32,703 nt of DNA from a virus (Duplodnaviria > Caudoviricetes), in IMG/VR virus record IMGVR_UViG_3300011114_000182, positions 1 through 32,703 of that record; one strand, given 5' to 3'. Within the stretch, counting starts at the first letter, position 1. Each line of letters opens with the position of its first letter. This document shows, one piece after another, positions 1 to 8,897 of the stretch. Position numbers and translations under genes: made by a program. The notes beneath the pieces were generated by a model that did no database searches, was not told the DNA's origin, and saw only the letters and a list, made by a program, of their open reading frames with translations.

Positions 1-1862
1 CCTGCTGTGCCTGATGGGGCATTAAGCCAACGATGCTCTGCGCCAGAAATGTTGTACTGTGCGGCTGCTGCTGTTGCAATGTATTTAAATGAACTATTAA
101 AAGTGACGTTGTTTCCAAGGTATACGTTGCCACGCCCAGTAAGAATAAAATTAGACCCACCTTCAAACTGCGGAATTGTTGAAGCACTCGGTGTAACACC
201 AAGCCCTAGATTGCCTGCGCTGTCAAACCTTCCGTATTCCTTTGTGTAGCCTTCAAAAGCAAGATAGCCATCACTACTTGTTGTTGTACCAAACGCTTGA
301 ATCTTTGTGCCACCACTTGTATTTCCATTTGCAATTCCAAAGTTTCCATTTGTAGTTGTGATTGACAGTTTTGCAAAAGGCGAACTCGTCCCAATACCTA
401 CATTGCCTGATGCGTTCCAATACAAAACGCTACTATGCGTTGAGCCATCTGTTGAATAACCCAAAGAATATGTGTTTGCACCACTTGTATTTGCAATAGA
501 GCCGTAGTATTGGCTACCAGCAGTTAAAAATGCACTGCTAGTTGAATTATTTGAAAAAGTAGCGCCATTGACTTGCAGTTTTGCAGTAGGCGAACTTGTC
601 CCAATACCCACATTGATGCCGCTTGCGGTGTATAGCGATGTGCTTGTTGCTCTAAAGTTTTCTGAGCCACCAACACCAAGAGAAAAATATGTTGCACCAG
701 TATTTATAAAAGCATATTCGGTTGAGCCGTTATTTGCGGTAAACGAAACATTGGCAAGATTGTCAGATGCTCTACCAACAAGTTTAAAACCTTGTGTATT
801 AACATTTGCTTGAACAGTAAGAGGGTAAGCAGATGCGCTTGTTCCAACACCTAAACTTGTCCCATCAAAAGTAAGCGCAGACCCAGTAGCCAATGCACTT
901 GTACTTGAGGCGTAAACCACACCGCCTGATGTGAATGATGTTAAGCCTGTGCCGCCGTAAGCCGTCCCAAGAGCGTTAGTCAAAGTTAACGTAGCGGCGC
1001 TCAATGTTCCAACGCCCGACACATCTCCCGTATCGCCAACAATCACTACGCTGTTCTGGATAATTTTGCCTGTAGTGGAGTCAAACCGAGCGACTGCATT
1101 GTCAGTAGACGAAGCTGGGCCGTACACATCACCAGAAGCGGCTGTAGACCATGACAAACCACCAGAGCCGTCCGTAATCAGAGCTTGACCGCTTGTGCCG
1201 TCATCTGCGGGGAATGTCAGTGTGTAGCTTGCACCTAATGCCGAGGGCGAACGAAGGCCAACATACTCACCACCTGTTGTGTCTTGAAGACGCAGTGTGC
1301 CTTGACCTGTGATGTTGATCTGGGTGGAGCTAAGTGTCGTGCCGTCCCATGTCAGGTTAGCTGAAGCACCGAACAGGCCGCCATTGTTAAATTGGATCTG
1401 AGTGTTAGAGCCTGCGGCGTTCGCAATCGTACCCGCCAGCTTGATGTAGTCTGTGCCGTTAAATACCACAGTGACTTTCTCAGCCGCCGCAACAGAAACA
1501 CCAGTCTGACCAGATGCTTTAAACGTCACTGCGTAGGACGAGGCGTTGTCCACCACATAAGTCTTGCTGTAACTTGGGCCTGTGACCACCTTGGTTGTAG
1601 TCGTGCCGGATACTTTAACAATCGCAAACTGGGCGGTAACTGTACCTGCACCAGCTAAAGTAGATGTGATGTTAGAAGCTGAAGCGTCACCTGTCGTATT
1701 TGCCAGAGTAACTGCGCCGTCACCTGTAAGCGTCAAAGTGCCCGCAATAGCAATGTTGGTGTACTGCGTAATGCCGTTGTTAACGGTATCGCCCCACGTA
1801 CCGGAGAGTTCGCCCTGTACTGGAAGAGCTAAACCTAGTTGTCCCGTTGCGCCTGTAGTCAT
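1..1862 (-). CDS. Tail fibre / receptor-binding protein (3' end runs off the window)
   Basis: Not in the ORF track because no stop lies in the window. ATG at 1862 after AGGAG SD; translates MTTGATGQLGLALPVQGELSGTWGDTVNNG...; same frame at the window edge (...KYIATAAAAQYNISGAEHRWLNAPSGTA). Repeated (G/I)NVGIGTSSP / GNLGLGVTP motifs typical of phage fibre proteins; G/S/T-rich. Ends were translated by hand; the middle was only spot-checked. Confidence 0.8.
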   Translation of the reverse strand, partial: MTTGATGQLGLALPVQGELSGTWGDTVNNGITQYTNIAIAGTLTLTGDGAVTLANTTGDASASNITSTLAGAGTVTAQFAIVKVSGTTTTKVVTGPSYSKTYVVDNASSYAVTFKASGQTGVSVAAAEKVTVVFNGTDYIKLAGTIANAAGSNTQIQFNNGGLFGASANLTWDGTTLSSTQINITGQGTLRLQDTTGGEYVGLRSPSALGASYTLTFPADDGTSGQALITDGSGGLSWSTAASGDVYGPASSTDNAVARFDSTTGKIIQNSVVIVGDTGDVSGVGTLSAATLTLTNALGTAYGGTGLTSFTSGGVVYASSTSALATGSALTFDGTSLGVGTSASAYPLTVQANVNTQGFKLVGRASDNLANVSFTANNGSTEYAFINTGATYFSLGVGGSENFRATSTSLYTASGINVGIGTSSPTAKLQVNGATFSNNSTSSAFLTAGSQYYGSIANTSGANTYSLGYSTDGSTHSSVLYWNASGNVGIGTSSPFAKLSITTTNGNFGIANGNTSGGTKIQAFGTTTSSDGYLAFEGYTKEYGRFDSAGNLGLGVTPSASTIPQFEGGSNFILTGRGNVYLGNNVTFNSSFKYIATAAAAQYNISGAEHRWLNAPSGTA

Positions 1863-1872
1863 TTAAAAGCTC

Positions 1873-2655
1873 CTAATTCGTGTCGATTTGTGTCCAGCCC
1901 GGATTCTGGGTGTCACTCACCTGTGTCCAGCCCGGAGACTGAACGTTGTTGATATTTTGCCAGTTTGCGGTCTGCGTGTCATCAATAATTTCCCACAAAG
2001 GCCGTCCCATTACTAAATCAGATATTGTTGCCAACTCTACAACAGAAGCCATGAATGTTGCTACCGCCGCATCCACATCACTAATCGTTGCCGCCTCAGA
2101 GATCACACCCTTAAATGTAACCCCAGCCGCTACAGAATCAGACCCCGTTGCACTCTCACTGACAGAAGCATTAACTGCCGTGCTTGCACTTACGCTGTCC
2201 GATCCAGTCGCTGTCTCAACAATATATGCCAAGAACGTGAACGCTGAAGCCGTTGTGTCTGCGCCAGTCGCACTCTCAAGTATCTGACCTAAGAAGTTGG
2301 CAAACGCCGCCGTTGAATCTGACCCCGTAGCAGTCTCACTGACTGACACCCCGTATGTCGGAATGGCGCTTATCGCATCACTACCTGTCGCTGACTCACT
2401 GACCGCAGATCCAAACGTTGCCGTTGCACTTATTGCGTCTGTACCTGTACTTGTCTCGCTTACTGCCGCACCAAACGTAGCCAGTGCGCTAATCTCATCC
2501 GATCCCGTGGCAGTCTCACTGACCGCCGCCAGAACACTAACAACTGAAGAAGGGGCATCTGTCCCTGTCGCAGTTTCAGCAACACTCCGGTCATAGACTG
2601 AATCACCCCAGCCAGCCTGACCCCATGTGCCAGAACCCCAGCCGCCTTCAGCCAT
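1873..2655 (-). CDS. Virion structural protein with about ten 20-aa tandem repeats (VSETATGSDxxSAxxxFxxx)
   Basis: ORF track; 60-bp DNA periodicity; W/G-rich N-terminus and 11-aa W-anchored C-terminal repeats; lies in tail module. Confidence 0.65.
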   Translation of the reverse strand: MAEGGWGSGTWGQAGWGDSVYDRSVAETATGTDAPSSVVSVLAAVSETATGSDEISALATFGAAVSETSTGTDAISATATFGSAVSESATGSDAISAIPTYGVSVSETATGSDSTAAFANFLGQILESATGADTTASAFTFLAYIVETATGSDSVSASTAVNASVSESATGSDSVAAGVTFKGVISEAATISDVDAAVATFMASVVELATISDLVMGRPLWEIIDDTQTANWQNINNVQSPGWTQVSDTQNPGWTQIDTN

Positions 2656-2662
2656 TTAGACC

Positions 2663-3241
2663 TCAACCGGCGAGAGAGAACGTATACGTTACAGAGATAA
2701 TGTCGCCAGAAACCACCGAGCGATCACCGGGCGAACTAAAGTCAGCCGCTGAAAACAATGTGCCTGTCGTACCACTCTTAGCACTACCGCTGGTCAAGAA
2801 CGCGCCCCCAACAGTGGAAGTTGCGTTAATGTTGAACGTAGCAGGAGAAGCTGAGTTGGTCACCACAGAAGGGTTAGCAGTAGTCGCCGTAGCAAACGTA
2901 GCCGCCACACGGGTTGCATTGCTATAAGGTACAACCTCAGTCCAGCCAGCGTGGGAAGACATCGTGTCACCAGCCGCAGGCGTATTAGAAGCACCAGCAC
3001 CGTACAGGCCGATGTACCAAGTGGTAATCTGGGCTACTGAAGTCAGAGCCGTGCCCGCCATGTACTGTAGGCCAACGTTGACTACCAAGTTCTTAGTCTC
3101 AGCAGACCACTTGAGCTTGCCGTCTTTATCGTGGCATTCAACGTAGTAAACGCCTGTAGCCTTGGCTTGTTCGCCTGACTGAGTGCCAGCAATAAGACCG
3201 CTAGAAATGTGGTCGGTTACTTTGAGTTTTTCCGTGGTCAT
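2663..3241 (-). CDS. Putative tail/virion structural protein
   Basis: 192 aa, T/S/A/G-rich beta-type composition, co-oriented in structural operon. Confidence 0.6.
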   Translation of the reverse strand: MTTEKLKVTDHISSGLIAGTQSGEQAKATGVYYVECHDKDGKLKWSAETKNLVVNVGLQYMAGTALTSVAQITTWYIGLYGAGASNTPAAGDTMSSHAGWTEVVPYSNATRVAATFATATTANPSVVTNSASPATFNINATSTVGGAFLTSGSAKSGTTGTLFSAADFSSPGDRSVVSGDIISVTYTFSLAG

Positions 3242-3250
3242 ATTAAATCC

Positions 3251-3676
3251 TTATGAAAGTCTGATGAGGGCAGAAGTGCTGGTATCTGTGGGCATTGTTA
3301 CAGTGAAACTAGTAATAGAAGTTTTATCATTACCAAAATCAAGAACACAAATAGCTGGGGCTGCGCCACCAACTTTGTATATCAATGCCCCACGAGCAGT
3401 AATTGAGCCAGTCCAAGCGGGAGAGGAAAACGTTACGTATGCAATGCTACCAGTGGTTGTGGGTGCGTAATTGAGTGTAGCTGTTACTGCTTGCCCAGTA
3501 GCAACATAATTTCCACCTGATGATTCACCTACTGAGGTATACGTTGTTGTAGTTTCATCCAGCGTAGCTGAATTGGTATACAACGCAAGCTTAAAAGAAT
3601 CAGTTGCAAAGTTAATCGTGCCTGTAGTCATAGCCACACGAAGCGTATTGCAAGAGTAGTTGCCAGTAAAAGCCAT
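3251..3676 (-). CDS. Putative tail/virion structural protein
   Basis: 141 aa, FKLALYT...ARGALIY...VLDFG pattern common in phage tail-associated proteins; TAATG coupling to upstream gene. Confidence 0.6.
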   Translation of the reverse strand: MAFTGNYSCNTLRVAMTTGTINFATDSFKLALYTNSATLDETTTTYTSVGESSGGNYVATGQAVTATLNYAPTTTGSIAYVTFSSPAWTGSITARGALIYKVGGAAPAICVLDFGNDKTSITSFTVTMPTDTSTSALIRLS

Positions 3677-4341
3677 TAGGTTACCTTCTGACGATACTGA
3701 CCCGAACGATAAGCATCTTGACGTTCCATGCCATCGCCCAAACGTTTAGCCAAACCAAGTGCTTCTTGGTATTTAGCATTGTAAAAAGTCATGATATCTT
3801 GCTCACCTTTCATGTAGGTGTACGCTTCAACCAACGAACCATACAAAAGCACAGTGTCAAAGTTATCACCAAGCCATGTAGTACCTGCCGTCACAATAGA
3901 CTCTGGGTAGTAGTAATAGTGCAACTCAACGTTGTAGATTGCATCAGGCGTTGGGCCAAGAATAAACGACAACTCAGCTAAGTTAGCTGACTGAGGGCCA
4001 AACAAGGCGTAATACCGTGGTATCCCAGTATCGTCTGCCTGTGGGTAAGACTGTCGAATAAAGTTAACGTCTTTGTTTAACAAATACTCGTATGTACCAG
4101 AAGCTACCGTGCCATCAATAATTGCCATGGAATACACTGCCAAAAAGTCTGACGGGCACTCTAAGTACTTATTATTTGTGGATGTTACACCCACCACGTT
4201 CTTACGAATAGAAGGGAATTGAACCGAGTTGTAAATACGCTGTTCAGCCTGCTCAACAAAGACAGGAATTTCCGCCTCAAAAGACGCTTCCTGATTCTCT
4301 GTATAAGCAATGATTGCAGCTTTTAACTCGGTGTAGTTCAT
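3676..4341 (-). CDS. Putative head-tail adaptor / tail tubular-type protein
   Basis: 221 aa, MNYTELKAAI...AEQRI...P-x-YY...LGPTPD...LLYGSL pattern of podovirus adaptor-like proteins; position. Confidence 0.55.
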   Translation of the reverse strand: MNYTELKAAIIAYTENQEASFEAEIPVFVEQAEQRIYNSVQFPSIRKNVVGVTSTNNKYLECPSDFLAVYSMAIIDGTVASGTYEYLLNKDVNFIRQSYPQADDTGIPRYYALFGPQSANLAELSFILGPTPDAIYNVELHYYYYPESIVTAGTTWLGDNFDTVLLYGSLVEAYTYMKGEQDIMTFYNAKYQEALGLAKRLGDGMERQDAYRSGQYRQKVT

Positions 4342-4604
4342 GCCATTGAGCCCCTGCTCATAACACCTTTGGTAGCCGCGCCTGTGCCGCGCATCTTAAT
4401 GCCGGATGTCTTTGTAGGCTTACCTTCAGGGTTGCGGTAGATATTACCCACAGCCATATCAACTGTGTTTGCGCTACTGCGGTTAGGAAGAGAGCCAGGA
4501 TTGGTAGAAACAGTTGTTGCTTTACCAGTCATAGTGTGGGGTGGTGCATAAACAGCGCCATCACCAACTTCTTTACCCATCATTTTTTTGCTGTATGTAG
4601 CCAT
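4338..4604 (-). CDS. Small basic G/K/M-rich hypothetical protein
   Basis: 88 aa; GAGG SD; ATGA overlap with next gene. Confidence 0.6.
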   Translation of the reverse strand: MATYSKKMMGKEVGDGAVYAPPHTMTGKATTVSTNPGSLPNRSSANTVDMAVGNIYRNPEGKPTKTSGIKMRGTGAATKGVMSRGSMA

Positions 4605-4606
4605 GA

Positions 4607-4795
4607 TTAGCCTCGCTTTTGGTTAGCAATTTTAGCCAGACCACGACCCATTTTTTTCATGTCAGCATTTGTTTTGCCAACAGTATGCTTCTTGGGGCCA
4701 TTTTCTGTAGCTACAGTTGGGCCACTGTCGCCGTAATTTTTACCGACTGTTTTGCCTTTTTTAGCAATCCCGTCCGCTGATCTTGTGTATGCCAT
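4607..4795 (-). CDS. Small basic hypothetical protein (ADGIAKKGKT motif)
   Basis: 62 aa; AGGAG SD; tightly packed. Confidence 0.6.
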   Translation of the reverse strand: MAYTRSADGIAKKGKTVGKNYGDSGPTVATENGPKKHTVGKTNADMKKMGRGLAKIANQKRG

Positions 4796-4804
4796 GTTTA
4801 GCTC

Positions 4805-5233
4805 CTATGTAACTGTTACCGTAACTGTACCAAGTTCTATGGTTAAAACCAAATTATTTGGTGTTAATACCGCATCAAAATTTCTAGAACCCCCTACTGG
4901 GTTCCATCCCCACTGAAATACTCGACTACCCGCTTCAGGATATCCAAACTGATCTACACCTGTACCATTGGTGTCGTTGGTTTGAAGTCCACTTTGACCA
5001 GATACTTGATAACTTACATCCGGCCTTGGCTCACGTACTGCTTGGGGGTCATTAACTGGGTACATACCCAATTGCAACTGCGGATGATCCGGATCCCAAC
5101 ATTCGTGGCAAACCTTGATTTTAAAAGGCTTGGTCTTAACCGTCTGGGTGCGCAATTCCTTGAGCTTGTAACGCCCAGAGCAACGATCGCACTCGGCAAT
5201 CGCAAACTTACCAGACGCAAACCGATTAGGCAT
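4805..5233 (-). CDS. Hypothetical protein with CxxC...CxxC zinc-ribbon N-terminus
   Basis: Start moved to MPNRF (5233), overlapping the upstream stop by 8 nt; motifs CDRC and CHEC. Confidence 0.6.
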   Translation of the reverse strand: MPNRFASGKFAIAECDRCSGRYKLKELRTQTVKTKPFKIKVCHECWDPDHPQLQLGMYPVNDPQAVREPRPDVSYQVSGQSGLQTNDTNGTGVDQFGYPEAGSRVFQWGWNPVGGSRNFDAVLTPNNLVLTIELGTVTVTVT

Positions 5234-6152
5234 AGAACAAATTCCTTGGCACAAATCTCAATGGCGCTGTTTCACGGTCTTCTGCCTGCGCTATGTCCCA
5301 TTGCTGCTCATAATCGGCCTTTAGAGCCATAATTCTTTGCGGATCTATGTCAGGTAGCTTCATGCTCAATTGAACGGCTAGACCGGCCACCATGCAAGGA
5401 ATAAAGCGGAAAGGAATATCTTGAACAGATGTACCCGTTCCCGCATCTTGAATGCGTCGCATTCTGTAGTACACAAGGGTATATTGATCCCCAGGCGCAT
5501 TAGGTGTTGGCCAGATATTGATGGCAGGTATGTTTTGGATTGTCAAAGCCGCACCTGATGTATGACTAGCAGCGGTTGTATTGTTCTGCCCACGAGCGCA
5601 ATTAACCAGTTGATTGCCAACAATGTTGGGGTAACTGATTGTCTCGTTATCAATCTTAATGAAGCCAGCCGTAGCTAAATTAGCAACCGAAGACACTGTA
5701 ATAGATGTATCTGTACTGTTGATATTGCCGCTTAGCGTTACTGTAGACAAGTTTTCTTGCCCAGATTGGCGGTTAAACCACATCTGAATAGGGCGACCCT
5801 GAGCTAGCTTGTTAGGCAAACTCATGTAGGTAGACTCAGAGATGCCGCTGATATTGATGTCTGTTTGGTTTGTTGTACTGTTGTTCTGACGAATTACAGT
5901 GTCTAGCAAGTTGATCGTATCCACAGGCATGGGATATATTGCTTGCCCTGTAACCAACACAATTTGACCTTGCTCAACAGTCCAGAAATTTATACCACGA
6001 TTCGCCCATTCAATTGTCAAAAGGTTCAATGACCGACGTGCAGTGCGGAAGTTGTAGCCCGTGCGAAGTTCTTGACCGCAACGCTCAAACGCCTCTTCAA
6101 TGAGGTCGTTCATGTCCAAATTAAAGGCCGTGGTTCCGGTAGTCTTAGCCAT
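5226..6152 (-). CDS. Putative head completion/adaptor protein with inserted beta-rich domain
   Basis: 308 aa; LIEEAFER...ARRSLNLL..EW N-terminus, IWPTP and P-R-F-x-P-C C-terminal motifs of podovirus head-tail connector-like proteins. Confidence 0.55.
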   Translation of the reverse strand: MAKTTGTTAFNLDMNDLIEEAFERCGQELRTGYNFRTARRSLNLLTIEWANRGINFWTVEQGQIVLVTGQAIYPMPVDTINLLDTVIRQNNSTTNQTDINISGISESTYMSLPNKLAQGRPIQMWFNRQSGQENLSTVTLSGNINSTDTSITVSSVANLATAGFIKIDNETISYPNIVGNQLVNCARGQNNTTAASHTSGAALTIQNIPAINIWPTPNAPGDQYTLVYYRMRRIQDAGTGTSVQDIPFRFIPCMVAGLAVQLSMKLPDIDPQRIMALKADYEQQWDIAQAEDRETAPLRFVPRNLFYA

Positions 6153-6385
6153 TATCTATACCCTGCTGTTTTCTTTGCAATTGTTTTGGGTTGAGCTACG
6201 AATTGTTTCCCGGCCTTTTTGCCCTTACGTTTCGCCAACGTTGTTGCAGCGTACTCAGCAGGGCTGAGACTTTTGATCGCAGCTTCTGGAAGGTATCGCT
6301 CACCTGTTTTACTAGACGGTTTTCCACTTTTGGTTCTCCATTTTTGGTCGCCCCAGTCCTTCAATGATTTCTGAGGCGCTTTCAA
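6152..6385 (-). CDS. Small basic hypothetical protein
   Basis: 77 aa K-rich, QKSLKDW..QKWRT..GERYLP; overlapping start/stop on both sides. Confidence 0.65.
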   Translation of the reverse strand: MKAPQKSLKDWGDQKWRTKSGKPSSKTGERYLPEAAIKSLSPAEYAATTLAKRKGKKAGKQFVAQPKTIAKKTAGYR

Positions 6386-6657
6386 TCTCGGTAACCCCCG
6401 CCAGCCGCCTTGTACTTCTTAGCAACAAGCTGTGCTTTACGTGCTGACCACTGACCTGCGCCAGTGCCCTGCGTTGCTGCGGCTTTTACTTGGGACACAA
6501 TCCGTTTTCGCAGACTAGGTTTTGTGTAATTGCCAGCAGCGTTTACCTTACCGCCCTCTTTATATTGAGTAAAGTCCGTGTCATCCCGACGAGCTTTCTT
6601 AGCCCCGTTAGGCATTTTAGAGGGGGCGATATCCCCCATTCCACGGCTTGCTCGCAT
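6382..6657 (-). CDS. Small basic hypothetical protein
   Basis: 91 aa, YKEGGKV, NYTKP, GQWSARKAQL...GGGY. Confidence 0.65.
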   Translation of the reverse strand: MRASRGMGDIAPSKMPNGAKKARRDDTDFTQYKEGGKVNAAGNYTKPSLRKRIVSQVKAAATQGTGAGQWSARKAQLVAKKYKAAGGGYRD

Positions 6658-6659
6658 GG

Positions 6660-7148
6660 TTACACCATCTTCCCACGAGTCTTGCCTTTTATAGCGCAGC
6701 CATCAGCACGCTTAGAAGCGGAAGAGACTGAACCACCTTTAGCGTAACCTTTTACATCTTTACGTGCTTTCATTTGAGCTTTATCGTCCATGCTCGTCAT
6801 TCTATTTGAACCAAAAAATTCACCAACTGATCGAACTTTATCTCCAATGTTATCAAGACCTTTATCAAGGCTCTTGTTTATTCCATCAGGATTTAACATT
6901 TTTTCACGTTCATATTTTCTAACGGACTGTTCATAAACAGCTTTAGCTTTAGCATCATCTCTAGCTTGTTTTGCGGCATCTGTAGCTGCTTGTCGAGTTG
7001 CAATTTCGCCCTGCTTTTGTTTGCGAAAGCTATCAAAATTGCCAGTAGTAGTATCGGGTTCAGGCATTGCTTTGTCATAAGCAGCGCCAGCTTTTTTACG
7101 CATTTTTGCGTCCATCATCTCTTGGATTGCGTCTTCTTTAGTAGCCAT
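6660..7148 (-). CDS. Basic hypothetical protein ending YAKGGSV...ADGCAIKGKTRGKMV
   Basis: Start moved to MATKED (7148), which follows a TAAGGAG SD; the ORF-track start at 7178 overlaps the upstream gene. Confidence 0.6.
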   Translation of the reverse strand: MATKEDAIQEMMDAKMRKKAGAAYDKAMPEPDTTTGNFDSFRKQKQGEIATRQAATDAAKQARDDAKAKAVYEQSVRKYEREKMLNPDGINKSLDKGLDNIGDKVRSVGEFFGSNRMTSMDDKAQMKARKDVKGYAKGGSVSSASKRADGCAIKGKTRGKMV

Positions 7149-7158
7149 AATTATCTCC

Positions 7159-7710
7159 TTAGCAGGTTTTGCCGCCACGTTTCATGGTGATCATTGTGCC
7201 TTTGGTTTTGCCTTTAACAGCAACGCCATTTGGTGTTTTACCAGTTTTTACAGCGCCCATCTTAGATGGAGCCATACCGCCAGAAGCCAACTTAGTCATA
7301 GTTGCACCTTTGTGCAAACGGCCTTCGTGTTTATTCACAGCCTTTTGCATCATAGACTTGTCTTGCTTCATGTCTGACTTGCCGCCTTCAGCCATACCAC
7401 CTTTTTTCATAAAGCCCATCTTATTACGTACGGCTGTAGGTAACTTGGCTACACCGGGGTTCTTTTTCATATCCACTTGTTTCATATCGCCACCTTCATT
7501 AAAGAGTGCCATTTTCCCGTGCTGGGTTTTTGGCTTGTTTACTTTTTGAACATCTGGACGTGTCACGCCGCCAGAACCAAATTTCCTACCTTTGTCAGCT
7601 TTGATGAACTCTTCACCAACACTAGACTTGATACCAACTTTCTTAGCAAATGCAGGGTTTTTAGCCACTGCCGCCATAAAGTTGTGTTGTTTCTTGCTAG
7701 TTGAGGGCAC
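7159..7710 (-). CDS. Basic K/M/G-rich hypothetical protein with multiple xxxGG motifs
   Basis: 183 aa; AAGGAG SD; low-complexity, very basic. Confidence 0.65.
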   Translation of the reverse strand: MPSTSKKQHNFMAAVAKNPAFAKKVGIKSSVGEEFIKADKGRKFGSGGVTRPDVQKVNKPKTQHGKMALFNEGGDMKQVDMKKNPGVAKLPTAVRNKMGFMKKGGMAEGGKSDMKQDKSMMQKAVNKHEGRLHKGATMTKLASGGMAPSKMGAVKTGKTPNGVAVKGKTKGTMITMKRGGKTC

Positions 7711-7945
7711 TTCTATGCTCCTTCATAAAGTCATCAATCTTGCTCTCAAGTCTATCCAACCTGGCCAGCACTCGATTAATGTCATTATGTACATCTGATT
7801 TGGTTACAAACTTCTCAGCATTTTCTTCACGAGTTTTGCTCAAAAGAATACTCAAGCGCTTCACTTCATCGTGAGACGCCTTTACCCAGAACATCAACAG
7901 AGCTGATGCAAAGGAAAGAATTACATTCCAAACCATAAGTTCCAT
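7697..7945 (-). CDS. Small membrane-anchored coiled-coil protein (holin/haemolysin-like architecture, function unassigned)
   Basis: N-terminal hydrophobic helix (LMVWNVILSFASALLMFWV), C-terminal RLDRLESKID coiled coil. Confidence 0.5.
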   Translation of the reverse strand: MELMVWNVILSFASALLMFWVKASHDEVKRLSILLSKTREENAEKFVTKSDVHNDINRVLARLDRLESKIDDFMKEHRSALN

Positions 7946-7946
7946 G

Positions 7947-8192
7947 TTAGCAATTCCATGCTCTAAGAGCCTTGTTGATCCGTGAATCTGGATCGTTGGC
8001 AGTCTTGGCCGAGGTCAACTTCTTTTTCATGCCACCCATCCGCGCACAAAATGAGTCTTTGCGCGAGCCGCCTTCCGGCTGGGGACGTTTCAAGTTCATA
8101 CCTTGCGCTTTGGCGGAGGCTCGGCCTTTGGCGTTTAAGCCGCCCTTCTCGGACTTGCCTTCTTTCCTCTGCCATGCTGGACTCTTAGCCAT
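7947..8192 (-). CDS. Small basic hypothetical protein
   Basis: 81 aa, AWQRKEGK..GGLNAKGRAS...SFCARM...ALRAWNC. Confidence 0.65.
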   Translation of the reverse strand: MAKSPAWQRKEGKSEKGGLNAKGRASAKAQGMNLKRPQPEGGSRKDSFCARMGGMKKKLTSAKTANDPDSRINKALRAWNC

Positions 8193-8463
8193 AGAACACC
8201 GTAACTTTAGCGGTTGCCGGAAGCGTCACGTGGATATTTGTGTTGAACAAAATACCCTCGCCGGGGATTGACATAGTGATTGGTTGTGTACCAGTACCAA
8301 TGTTGAACTGCAACAATAAAGCGCCACCTGACCCGCCATCACGGAAGATTACATCACCAGCAGTGCCGCCTGATATGCAGTGGTACGCTTTTAAGCGTGT
8401 TCGCTGATTTACTACCGTACCTGTAGCTTCAGTATGAGCCGCTTTTACGTCATATTGCATCAT
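8185..8463 (-). CDS. Small beta-rich putative virion (decoration-like) protein
   Basis: 92 aa; AGGAG SD; IPGEGILF motif. Confidence 0.55.
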   Translation of the reverse strand: MMQYDVKAAHTEATGTVVNQRTRLKAYHCISGGTAGDVIFRDGGSGGALLLQFNIGTGTQPITMSIPGEGILFNTNIHVTLPATAKVTVFYG

Positions 8464-8479
8464 AATTTGATGCTCCTAA

Positions 8480-8779
8480 TTAGGATGGTGTAACAGCAGT
8501 CGTGCCGTCAGCGTTCACCCAAGTGCTAGTGGCTGTAGCGCCGGTAGCAATCTTTAAAGTACCCAAAGTAGTGTTAAACACAATGGTACCTGCGGCTTTG
8601 CCAACAGTATTTACAGTTGATGTAGCGGAGGCAATTTCTGCTGTAGTAGCAGTTGTAAGCTGAACGTAGCCTGTGGTTGCGTCAATGTTGCCAATAACTG
8701 TGCCAGTGACTGTACCGGTTACTGCGCCAATAAAGCCATTTGTGGACGTTACTGGGCCGGAGAAGGTGGTCGATGCCAT
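8480..8779 (-). CDS. T/A/G-rich putative capsid fibre/decoration protein
   Basis: 99 aa MASTTFSGPV...; AAGGA SD; first gene after major capsid. Confidence 0.55.
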   Translation of the reverse strand: MASTTFSGPVTSTNGFIGAVTGTVTGTVIGNIDATTGYVQLTTATTAEIASATSTVNTVGKAAGTIVFNTTLGTLKIATGATATSTWVNADGTTAVTPS

Positions 8780-8790
8780 GATTTTTCCTT

Positions 8791-8860
8791 ACATACAAGT
8801 GGAGTGCGCTAGTCTGTATGTCGTCAGCCGGGACTGTCTAGCACACCGGATAACCCCGGG
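8791..8860 (-). ncRNA. Structured RNA downstream of major capsid gene; probable Mu-gpT-DE-type RNA motif
   Basis: Complementary segments seen directly: 8838-8846 with 8804-8812, 8815-8821 with 8791-8797, hairpin 8825-8836 whose loop can pair with 8854-8859. Location downstream of a Mu-gpT-like capsid gene matches the described Mu-gpT-DE motif (family assignment from memory, not searched). Confidence 0.55.
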
Positions 8861-8868
8861 TTAAAGAC

Positions 8869-8897
8869 AATATACAACAAAAGAAAAGGGGGCACAA
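8869..8897 (-). promoter_or_regulatory. Possible sigma70-type promoter overlapping the capsid terminator
   Basis: Minus strand TTGTGC-17 bp-TATATT, start site just upstream of the structured RNA. Confidence 0.35.

Noticed and set aside
8812-8830. Hammerhead ribozyme (CTGACGA on minus strand)
   Set aside because: No GAAA core or three-way-junction arrangement after the CUGANGA-like segment
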